A stretch of DNA of 32,000 nucleotides from Mycobacterium paraterrae (GTDB lineage: Bacteria > Actinomycetota > Actinomycetes > Mycobacteriales > Mycobacteriaceae). Made by a program: the position numbers and the translations under genes. Positions within the stretch are counted from its first letter, which is position 1, and each line of letters begins with the position of its first letter. Location of the stretch: positions 1,778,784 through 1,810,783 of the forward strand of contig NZ_CP092488.2 of NCBI RefSeq assembly GCF_022430545.2, read 5' to 3'. Of the stretch, positions 6,671-14,977 are shown one piece after another. A model generated the notes under the pieces. That model saw nothing but the letters and a program-made list of their open reading frames with translations. It had not been told where the DNA came from and searched no databases.

Positions 6671-9295
6671 GTGGCTGTCGTAGATGACCTGGGTCGACCG
6701 GATACCGAAGCACCGAGCGAGGACTACGGCCGTCAGCCGCCGCAAGATCTGGCGGCCGAGCAGTCGGTGTTGGGCGGCATGCTGCTCAGCAAGGACGCCA
6801 TCGCCGATGTGCTCGAGCGGCTGCGGCCCAGCGACTTCTACCGCCCGGCCCACCAGAACGTCTACGACGCCATCCTGGATCTCTACGGCCGCGGAGAGCC
6901 GGCCGACGCGGTGACGGTCGCGGCCGAGTTGGACCGCCGCGGGCTGTTGCGCCGGATCGGCGGGGCGCCATATCTGCATACCTTGATCTCGACGGTGCCG
7001 ACCGCCGCGAACGCCGGCTACTACGCCGGAATCGTCGCGGAGAAGGCGCTGCTGCGCCGGCTGGTCGAGGCCGGGACGCGAGTGGTGCAGTACGGCTACG
7101 CCGGGGCCGAGGGTGCCGATGTCGCCGAGGTCGTCGACCGCGCGCAGGCCGAGATGTACGAGGTCACCGAACGGCGGATGTCGGAGGACTTCGTTCCGCT
7201 GGAAGACCTGTTGCAACCGACGATGGACGAGATCGATGCGATCGCTTCCAACGGCGGGATTGCGCGCGGTGTGCCAACGGGTTTCACCGAGCTCGACGAG
7301 TTGACGAATGGTCTGCACGCCGGTCAGATGATCATCGTCGCGGCTCGACCGGGTGTGGGGAAGGCGCTGGCGTTGGATACGCCGCTGCCGACGCCCGACG
7401 GTTGGACCACGATGGGCGAGGTTGTCGTCGGTGATGAGCTGATCGGCGCCGACGGGCAGCCGACGCGGGTGGTCGCCGCGACGGAGGTCATGTTGGGCCG
7501 GCCCTGCTACGAGGTGGAGTTCTCCGATGGCACCGTGATCGTCGCCGATGCCGAGCATCAGTGGTTGACGGACACCCGAGCGTCTCGCAAATCGGCTCAG
7601 GCTGCGGCGGCGGGTTACAACCGCTACAAGAACCAGAGGACCTTCGCGGCGGTGCGGACGACGGCAGAAATCGCGACCACCGTGCGGTGTGACACCGCAG
7701 ACAGACGACTGAACCATAGTGTTGCCAACGCGTCCGCTATCGATCTGCCGGATCGCGAATTGCTGATTGCGCCATACACATTCGGGGCGTGGCTCGGCGA
7801 CGGGACTAGCGCTGCTGCGCAGATCACCTCGGCGGATCCTGAGATCATCATGCGGATCGAAGCCGAGGGCTATGTCGCAGTGCCATCGGCGTCCGCGCGC
7901 TATCGTTACCAACTGCGCTTAGCACCAGGCGGCGAAATTCCCCACCGTCACTGCGTGGTATGCGGAAGCGAGTTCGTTCCGCAAACGAGCCAGGTGCGAA
8001 CCTGTGGACGGTCGTGCGGCGGTCGTGCCCGGTTCATTTCCGCTGCAGTGCCAAAGCCAACCTGCGTTCGTTGCGGATGCCCGTCGACCGGCATGCGGCT
8101 GTGCCAGCAGTGCCACAGCTCAGTCGGCACGCTGCAGGCGCGTCTGCGAACCATCGGAGTGCTTGGCGAAAAGCACATTCCGGTCGACTACCTGCGTGGC
8201 TCGGTCGTGCAGCGGCGAGCATTGCTCGCAGGCCTGCTCGATACCGATGGGACTGTGACCGCCCGCGGCAGTGTGCAGTTCTCGGTGACCAGTTACCGAC
8301 TGGCCACCGATGTCGCCGAGCTAGTAGTCAGCCTTGGTTACCGGTGCCAAACTTCGACAAAGCGCGTGGCAGGCCGCCAGGAATCATCCAGCACCGCATA
8401 CACGCTGACCTTTGCCACGGACGATGAGGTATTCGGGCTGCAGCGGAAGGCGTTGTTGCACAAGGAACGTCGTCGAGCTGTTAACACTGCGCGTTCGGCT
8501 GCGCGATACATCGTCGATGTGCGTCGGATCGATAGCGTGCCGGTGCGGTGCGTCGAAGTGGCCAACACCGACCACATGTACTTGGCGAGCCAAGCCATGG
8601 TGCCAACGCACAACTCGACGCTGGGTCTAGATTTCATGCGGTCGTGCTCGATCAAGCACCGGATGGCCAGCGTCATCTTCTCCCTGGAAATGAGCAAGTC
8701 CGAGATCGTCATGCGGCTGCTGTCGGCCGAAGCGAAGATCAAGCTCGGTGACATGCGCTCGGGCCGGATGAGTGACGACGACTGGACGCGACTGGCCCGG
8801 CGGATGAGCGAAATCAGCGAGGCGCCACTGTATATCGACGATTCGCCCAACCTGACGATGATGGAGATCCGCGCCAAGGCACGTCGTCTCAAGCAGAAGG
8901 CCGACTTGCGCCTGGTCGTCGTCGACTACCTACAGCTGATGACCTCCGGCAAGAAAGTCGAGTCGCGTCAGATCGAAGTCTCAGAGTTCTCCAGGCATCT
9001 CAAGCTTTTGGCTAAAGAGCTCGAGGTTCCCGTGATCGCGATCAGCCAGCTGAATCGTGGTCCCGAGCAGCGCACCGACAAAAAGCCGATGCTGTCGGAC
9101 CTTCGCGAGAGCGGGAGTTTGGAGCAGGATGCGGACATGGTCATCCTGCTGAACCGGCCCGACGCATTCGAGCGGGATGACCCACGCGGTGGCGAGGCGG
9201 ATCTCATTGTGGCCAAACACCGCAACGGCCCGACCAAGACGGTCACCGTCGCGCATCAGCTGCACCTATCGCGCTTCGCGAATATGGCGCGGTAG
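6671..9295 (+). CDS. dnaB: Replicative DNA helicase DnaB, intein-containing precursor
   Basis: 874-aa ORF. N-terminal domain PPQDLAAEQSVLGGMLLSKDAIADV. Walker A ARPGVGK/STLGLDF is split by a 417-aa insert. Walker B LVVVDYLQLM. ISQLNRGPEQR and LRESGSLEQDADMV motifs are intact. GGAGGAGG RBS before the GTG at 6671. Confidence 0.95.
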   Translation: MAVVDDLGRPDTEAPSEDYGRQPPQDLAAEQSVLGGMLLSKDAIADVLERLRPSDFYRPAHQNVYDAILDLYGRGEPADAVTVAAELDRRGLLRRIGGAPYLHTLISTVPTAANAGYYAGIVAEKALLRRLVEAGTRVVQYGYAGAEGADVAEVVDRAQAEMYEVTERRMSEDFVPLEDLLQPTMDEIDAIASNGGIARGVPTGFTELDELTNGLHAGQMIIVAARPGVGKALALDTPLPTPDGWTTMGEVVVGDELIGADGQPTRVVAATEVMLGRPCYEVEFSDGTVIVADAEHQWLTDTRASRKSAQAAAAGYNRYKNQRTFAAVRTTAEIATTVRCDTADRRLNHSVANASAIDLPDRELLIAPYTFGAWLGDGTSAAAQITSADPEIIMRIEAEGYVAVPSASARYRYQLRLAPGGEIPHRHCVVCGSEFVPQTSQVRTCGRSCGGRARFISAAVPKPTCVRCGCPSTGMRLCQQCHSSVGTLQARLRTIGVLGEKHIPVDYLRGSVVQRRALLAGLLDTDGTVTARGSVQFSVTSYRLATDVAELVVSLGYRCQTSTKRVAGRQESSSTAYTLTFATDDEVFGLQRKALLHKERRRAVNTARSAARYIVDVRRIDSVPVRCVEVANTDHMYLASQAMVPTHNSTLGLDFMRSCSIKHRMASVIFSLEMSKSEIVMRLLSAEAKIKLGDMRSGRMSDDDWTRLARRMSEISEAPLYIDDSPNLTMMEIRAKARRLKQKADLRLVVVDYLQLMTSGKKVESRQIEVSEFSRHLKLLAKELEVPVIAISQLNRGPEQRTDKKPMLSDLRESGSLEQDADMVILLNRPDAFERDDPRGGEADLIVAKHRNGPTKTVTVAHQLHLSRFANMAR
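7364..8614 (+). mobile_element. Intein (417 aa, residues 232-648 of the DnaB precursor) with a LAGLIDADG homing-endonuclease domain and a class-3-like signature
   Basis: Boundaries are GVGK|ALALDTPL and AMVPTHN|STLGLDF. First residue is Ala. Block B is DAEHQW, block F is PVRCVEVANTDHMYLA, and the end is T-H-N with +1 Ser. LAGLIDADG motifs are FGAWLGDGTS and LLAGLLDTDGTV. Excision restores GVGKST. Confidence 0.88.
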
Positions 9296-9312
9296 GTGTA
9301 GGTTCTCAAATA

Positions 9313-9359
9313 AAGTGGCCACTTCTCATTCAATTGGCCACGCCGTGGCCAATTGGCCA
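9313..9359. repeat. Cluster of TGGCCA-centred palindromes just 3' of dnaB
   Basis: AAGTGGCCACTT (9313-9324, perfect 12-nt palindrome). TGGCCACG-C-CGTGGCCA (9335-9351, 8-bp arms). GGCCAATTGGCC (9347-9358, perfect 12-nt palindrome). Four TGGCCA hexamers lie within 44 bp. Confidence 0.75.
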
Positions 9360-10375
9360 ATTTGGTGAGACGAGTAGCGCCGAAGACCCGTTAGATCCAC
9401 AACCAGAGGGGCTCGTGTTTGCGCTTTCACCAGTGACGGCGCTCGAGGGAGCTGCGGCGTCAAGCCCCTTTCGCAGGGAACGAGCAGTTCTGCAAACTGA
9501 GCGGTATAAGGTCACGAACTCGAAAAATGAGGTGACCTTTGTGTTAACGCGTTGGGGGACAGGCGTTTTAGTGGTGAGACCTTGGTAGCTTGTCGTAGAA
9601 GAATGGTGTTGGGGCAGGCCACTGTCCGGAAAAAGGGGCGCGATCGACATCGACGGCAAGGGTTCAACCATTAATGCCACCCAGCAGATCAACCTCTTGG
9701 AAGGCGCGCCACGGTGGCGTTTCACGGCGAGGTGCGTGCGTGATGTTTACCTGGACGACGGGTGCCGGTGTGTTTGTGCAGCGAGGTCTGTGGATCGCGG
9801 CTCAGCAGCAGATCAAGGGCCGAGACACAGTCGGCGATCACGGCGTCGACGGGCTCGCCATGTTTGGTCCGAGGGCTGGCCGACCACAGCAGAGCGCGGT
9901 CTTAGACGTATGCGATCCAGGCGTGTACGTCCGGCAGCGCAGACGGGGAGCTCGAGTGCCTCGATGAGCATGTCCGCGATCAGCTAGCGCAGGGTGTCCG
10001 AAGGCGATTCAGTCTCACCGAGTTCAGCGGACTGACCGAAGAACGCCACTGCCGGGCCCACATCCGGCCGTACCGCTAAAACCCTTCAGCCGCAGCCACA
10101 CTCGACACCGCCACGCAGACCGCGAGCCACACCGGCATCCAGGAGGCCGGCGGTCGTAGCGACAGCTCAATTCCCGGGGCTAGTGCGGGCGCGCCGGCAT
10201 GGCAGCGCCCGCGGCGTTGTGCCACACCGGGCGGTGAACGCCGCCCTAAACGTGCTCCAACGACGCAAAACCCGACCCGATCGCGATGTCACTGATCGAC
10301 ATCTGCCGCACGCCAGATTGTGAAGGCGACCGTGCGCCGCCTCAATTCGCTGCGCAGCTCGGAAAGCAAAAGCAC

Positions 10376-11065
10376 CTAGTCGATCTGGGAGCGGCCGCGC
10401 GGCGTCCGACCAGCTATCCCCATCGCCGCGATCTCGCGGCTGTGGCGCTTAGCGAGCTCGAGGGCGTCGCCCTTGGCCTTTTCCAGACCGCCAGCGGGAT
10501 CCGGAGTCAAGATGGTCGGCTGGTACCGGATGTCATCGACGTCGGTGACGCCGGCTTCACGTAGCCAGTCGTGCAAGTACGTGCCGTGGTGGTCAATGCC
10601 GAAGGTGTCGGCGACACCGGGCGCGAACACACCGGAGGTGAGGACCAGCGTTGCATGCTTGCCCGTGACCAGGCCGGTGTAACCCTGCTGCGGGTTCAGA
10701 GTCCAGGTCACGCCCGGCTGGTGGACGATGTCGATGTAATGCTTGAGGCGGTAGGGGATCCCGCTGTTCCACATCGGCACCGCGAACAGATAACGGTCTG
10801 CCGACAAGAACCTCCCCGCGATCGCCGTGACTTCGTCCCAGGCGGCGCGCTGCACGGCGGTGAACTCCTGGCGCGCGATGACCGCCATCTTGGCCGCCAC
10901 CTTTGCTTGGTCGAACGGCGGAAGCTCCTCGTGCCAGAGATCGAAAGCGTCGACTTCGAGGCCGGGAATGGCGGCTTGCAGCTCGGCCAGATAGGTCTCG
11001 CTGATGTGCCGCGACGACGAATCAGCCTCGCGGGGGGAGGCTTCGATGTAGAGAAGTTTCATCAT
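10376..11065 (-). CDS. azoR: FMN-dependent NADH-azoreductase (flavodoxin-like fold)
   Basis: MMKLLYIEASPR..., with PMWNSGIPYRLKHYID and LVLTSG segments typical of AzoR/ACP phosphodiesterase-type flavoproteins. AAGGAG RBS (complement of 11068-11073) precedes the ATG ATG at 11065/11062. The ORF-track start at 11098 is an upstream extension. Confidence 0.85.
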   Translation of the reverse strand: MMKLLYIEASPREADSSSRHISETYLAELQAAIPGLEVDAFDLWHEELPPFDQAKVAAKMAVIARQEFTAVQRAAWDEVTAIAGRFLSADRYLFAVPMWNSGIPYRLKHYIDIVHQPGVTWTLNPQQGYTGLVTGKHATLVLTSGVFAPGVADTFGIDHHGTYLHDWLREAGVTDVDDIRYQPTILTPDPAGGLEKAKGDALELAKRHSREIAAMGIAGRTPRGRSQID

Positions 11066-11171
11066 GCTCCTTGCTGTGCCACGGTCGCCCACGGGCAAAC
11101 ACGTTGTCGTTCAATGGATATAGCTCGGTAAGAAATGCGCGCACGAATCGCTGCATCGTGTGGCCGTCACT

Positions 11172-11187
11172 ATCAGCGCGCGCTGAT
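11172..11187. promoter_or_regulatory. Perfect 16-bp palindrome ATCAGCGCGCGCTGAT upstream of azoR (candidate operator)
   Basis: The sequence is self-complementary over all 16 nt. It lies about 107-122 bp upstream of the azoR start in otherwise lower-GC intergenic DNA. Confidence 0.4.
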
Positions 11188-11487
11188 GTAGGTGCGAAAC
11201 AGATTGTGCAACTGCCGGTTTAGCAATACAGTGGTCGCCCATACGTGCGACGATAATGGAGCCTGCGCATCTGCCGATATCAAAATACTTGCCAGTGTGC
11301 GGCTGCTTGGCGCAGATCAGTTAGATCAGTACGGCTGCATGCTGCTGACCGCGAATCGGCACACGATGCGTTGCGCGATGGCCGCGTCGTACAGTCGCTC
11401 AGTTCGGCGAGATCCTCACCGGCAGAAGCTAAGTCCTTCGTCACAATCCGATGCCTCCCGCCCCTGAGCGCGGACGGGCGAAAACGG

Positions 11488-12078
11488 CTAGCGGCCGGTG
11501 GCGGTGGTCATCCTCTGCCTTCCCTGCTGCTGGCGTTGACGAAGCGACCGCATCGCGGCACGCGACGAACAGGTCGACGAGCAGTACCGTTGCCGGCCGC
11601 TTTTGGTATGGTCAATGAAACCTTTTTCGCACGGTTCGCACGTGCACACCTTCAACCTGTTCCAGGTACCGCGCCCGACCGCCAGTTGCCCAGCAGCCAG
11701 TACCGCTCCCAACGCACCGGCTACCCCCCGGCCATGCCCGGTAACCTCTGAGTCGTGCGCTGCCAGCGTGACCTTCACTGGATACAGCTCACCAGCATGT
11801 GCCAAAGAGTGCTCGGCTTCCTCAAGTTCCGACTCGCTGAGGCCGGCGTGCTCTGAATGCGCCTTCATCACAGTCACCAGCGCCGCCCGCAGCTCGCGCG
11901 CGGCGGCGGCCCCTGACTCGCTGACGGGCTCGTCGCCGAGCAGGCCTCGCTCGCGTGCCCACGCCGAGAAGTCATCTGCGGTGCCGAACTGTTCACAGAG
12001 CCCCAGCGGTTCGTACGATCGTGTGTTGACAAATTCCAGTACGCCCTCGGCCGGGTCATCGCCAGCCTGTGATGCCAT
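11488..12078 (-). CDS. CGNR zinc-finger / ABATE-domain putative regulator
   Basis: 196 aa. The C-terminus CTCEPCEKGFIDHTKSGRQRYCSSTCSSRAAMRSLRQR fits the CGNR zinc-finger layout (C-x4-C ... F-x-D ... R-x-x-C-x3-C-x-x-R). The eponymous CGNR reads CSSR here. Confidence 0.75.
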   Translation of the reverse strand: MASQAGDDPAEGVLEFVNTRSYEPLGLCEQFGTADDFSAWARERGLLGDEPVSESGAAAARELRAALVTVMKAHSEHAGLSESELEEAEHSLAHAGELYPVKVTLAAHDSEVTGHGRGVAGALGAVLAAGQLAVGRGTWNRLKVCTCEPCEKGFIDHTKSGRQRYCSSTCSSRAAMRSLRQRQQQGRQRMTTATGR

Positions 12079-12525
12079 CCGTCAATGTTACTTCCATTAT
12101 CAGATAATCAGTCACTCTAAGTAGCGTGAGCTGGCAAAATTGCGCTGACGTGCTGCCAGAAGGTGTATGCGAGCAATGCGGCAACCGCTGCTGCTTGGCC
12201 GACTTCGCTAATCGTTGTCTGAGGGTAAACGTCGGACACGTCTGTCGGATCGGGAAATCACGTTGCAACGCACTGCCTGTCGCTTGGCCGCCGAAGTTTC
12301 TGACAGCGCGGGCCGCAACGCCGCCGATAGCGTTGACGTTAAGTGTGGACACATGACGCCTTGAGCGACGCCCAACCCGGCGTGCGCAAGCGGTCCAGCG
12401 TATGTCCGGTCTTAGCGTGGCTCAGTTTCACGGGAAGGAGGTCTCAGGTGGCCCATCTCTTCCGGACGTGGCGCCGCGGAGTGACCAGTGCCCCATGCCC
12501 TCCGACGAATCAGGAAGGATCCACC

Positions 12526-13002
12526 ATGAGCGAATCTGATGGCACCCCAGTGCAAATCGCTGCCTTCACCCGGAGGGCCTCGCAAGATGCATCGCTACTT
12601 AAAACCCTCAATGACGGCGTTTCCGAGCAGCTGCGTGCCAACGACGGTGTCGTTGTGGACGGCCCGATGGCCGGTGTCCCGCTGTTGTTGCTGCACACTG
12701 TGGGCGCGAGGTCTGGTGCATTCCGGGTGAACCCGTTGGTGCAGCTGGATTATCAAGGTCGCTGGTTCGTCGTCGGATCCTTCGGCGGACTCGACAAAGA
12801 CCCGGCATGGGTGCACAACCTGCGGGCCAACCCCCACGCGCGGGTCGAGATCGGCGCCACAGTGCACACCGTGACAGCACGAGAACTCTCCATGCCTGAA
12901 CGCGATGAGATCTGGGATGCGCTGGTCGTCATGAATCCCACCTTCGCCGAATACGAAAAGACTATGACCCGGGTCATGCCGGTGTTTGAATTACGTCGCT
13001 AG
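12526..13002 (+). CDS. Deazaflavin (F420)-dependent nitroreductase-family oxidoreductase (Ddn-like, PF04075-type)
   Basis: 158 aa from the ATG at 12526, with an AGGAAGGA RBS at 12512-12519. PLLLLHTVGARSG, DPAWVHNLRANPHARVEI and MPVFELRR match the family pattern. The upstream part of the ORF-track call (from 12343) lacks coding character. Confidence 0.85.
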   Translation: MSESDGTPVQIAAFTRRASQDASLLKTLNDGVSEQLRANDGVVVDGPMAGVPLLLLHTVGARSGAFRVNPLVQLDYQGRWFVVGSFGGLDKDPAWVHNLRANPHARVEIGATVHTVTARELSMPERDEIWDALVVMNPTFAEYEKTMTRVMPVFELRR

Positions 13003-13591
13003 TCGCACTTTGTTGGCGCTCGGCAGACGCCCGCCGACCACCTCGGGGAAAAGATGAATCCCGAACTCGCGAAGGCCCTGCGTCGAACGCGCGCCATCGT
13101 GAGTTCGTCCCAAAGGCGTCGTCGGTGTGTTAAGACCGTGGAACGCGCCTCTACTCCATCATCCTGCTCCTGGCGGCGTCGGCGCAGTTGGGTAACGGGG
13201 CCATCATCAAGCCCTCCGACCTTAGCCCAAAGACGCTGGGAGTTACTTTTGTTGAGCGGACAGCTCCACCCGCTACCGTCCCCACCGCAAGAAGCGACGA
13301 ACTGTTGCGGCAGAAGCGCTTTCGCGAACCTGAGGTTGATGGTAGGTGCGTGCCACGCGGCACACCGGGCGGCACGGTGACGTAACGAGCTCCGCGTAAC
13401 GTCTGCCGAGCGCAAAAAAGGCCACGTGCAACTACGCAGATCGACGGTGGCGCGTACATGTGTACCGGTTCGGATCGGTACTACGAGCCGCCGATCGTTC
13501 CCCGCTACTGATTCCGAAGCGCGTGTGGGTTGCCCGATAACCTCGGCTGATACCGCGCAAGAATGGACGTGATTGCGGTGCCCACCATCCC

Positions 13592-14299
13592 TTAGCCGTT
13601 GAGAATGGCGGCGTACCGGGAAGGCTCGGAAGTCAAAGTGTTCTTGATGGCGCGGCTGACCTCGTCGACCAGCACCTCACTCAGGTCAGCCTCCAGCCCG
13701 TTGATCGCGGCGGTGACCACTTGCTCGGGGTCGACTTTGTCGAGCGGAAAATTCGCGCCTAGTGACGTGTTCACCGGCCCGGAATGCAGTCCGACTACCA
13801 AAGTGCCTTGACTCTCAAGTTCAAGGCGCAGCGCATCGGTGAGACTCCACGCCGCAGCTTTGGCGGCGCTGTAGCCGGCCATATTCGGGAAGGAAAACCA
13901 GGACACCGCAGAGAGCGCGTTGACGATCGCGCCACCTCCATTGCGCCGAAGGATCGAGGCGAACGCTTCGGCGAGATTGATCGGGCCAAACACGTTAACT
14001 TCGAACTCGTCGCGGATTTTTGACAGGTCGCCGCCTACGAGCGGTTGAGCAAACAACACCCCTGCGTTGTTGATGATGATCTGCACGTCGCGGGCTTGCT
14101 CGGCAGCCGCGGCCACCTGGGCCTGGTCGGTCACGTCCAAAGCGAGCGGGATCACGTTATCCGATGCGGGGAGCGCATTCGTACCCCGGTCTCCGGCATA
14201 GACCTTAACTGCTCCACGCTCGCGCAGTTGTCGGACCCATTCTGCGCCGATACCTCGGTTGGCCCCAGTTACCAGCGCCACTGATCCCTCAATTTTCAT
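13592..14299 (-). CDS. Short-chain dehydrogenase/reductase (SDR), paralog 1
   Basis: 235 aa from MKIEGSVALVTGANRGIGAE (TGxxxGIG Rossmann motif). NNAG motif and catalytic YSAAK (YxxxK). The longer ORF-track start at 14401 is unlikely. Confidence 0.9.
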   Translation of the reverse strand: MKIEGSVALVTGANRGIGAEWVRQLRERGAVKVYAGDRGTNALPASDNVIPLALDVTDQAQVAAAAEQARDVQIIINNAGVLFAQPLVGGDLSKIRDEFEVNVFGPINLAEAFASILRRNGGGAIVNALSAVSWFSFPNMAGYSAAKAAAWSLTDALRLELESQGTLVVGLHSGPVNTSLGANFPLDKVDPEQVVTAAINGLEADLSEVLVDEVSRAIKNTLTSEPSRYAAILNG

Positions 14300-14977
14300 A
14301 GAAAATTCTTCCCTGTAGCAGTTGTTGTGACGAGGCCCTCCGGCATCGCCTACGCCGTTTGCAACGCTGGCCGTCTCACCGTGCCAACCGAGCGCGCCCA
14401 TCTTCAGTCCGTTACAACGTGTTTGACGTTAGGCGAGCCCGAATAGCCAGCGCTATCAAATTTTTAAGTGCTGCAGATCTCATCACCTCCTGTTACGTGA
14501 CGTGTGCGAGCCGCGTTCGCAAACTCCGATCCGTTGTTTTGTCTCAGAGCCCGTCGCTCGCCAAATCAGCACGGCCGCCGCAGTTCAAAGGCGTGCGCGC
14601 GGGCCAGTTCGGCGGACGACTCGCGGCTGGGGTTGGCGCTGCCCTTCCAGGGTGGAGTTGCGCGGTGGTGCGCAGACAATCAGTCGACCGCTGCTGGGTT
14701 CGTCGATGACGCTGCATCGTGGCCAGATCGAGCAGCGACGCAGGGCGCCACAAGGCACTCTCCGATCGGGTAGGTCGCGCCGGTGAGGTCCATTGAAACA
14801 CTGTATGTGCAAACAACTCTCATCAACAGCGGATCAGATACCGCTATGACCCAACGAGACGACTGGCAAAGATTGTGATAGCAGCAGTCCCCAGAAACTC
14901 GCTAACCTAGCGTGACAGTCGTGCCGTTCAGTCGTGGCGCAATCGAGACGCCGTCAAATCACTAGAGAGGAAACGCA

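Noticed and set aside
9330-9725. 131-aa minus-strand ORF and the overlapping 84-aa plus-strand ORF (9334-9588) just after dnaB.
   Set aside because: They overlap each other on opposite strands, and have no RBS, no recognisable motifs and atypical composition. The region is treated as non-coding or degenerate (see the finding for 9296-10375).
14497-14506. ACGTGACGTG is present upstream of both SDR paralogs (14497-14506 and about 27281-27290) and might be a shared operator.
   Set aside because: A shared 10-mer between two 680-bp regions is expected by chance at roughly 0.5-1 occurrences, and the distance to the start codon differs (about 200 versus about 150 bp). This is not significant on its own.
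14359-14816. Five mutually overlapping ORFs upstream of SDR paralog 1. Minus-strand frames contain fragments vaguely like a winged-helix (ArsR/HxlR-type) regulator (DEPSSGRLIV..., ...SSAELARAHAF...).
   Set aside because: The resemblance appears only by hopping between three frames and is weak. I cannot support a CDS or a pseudogene call without a database search (blastx).
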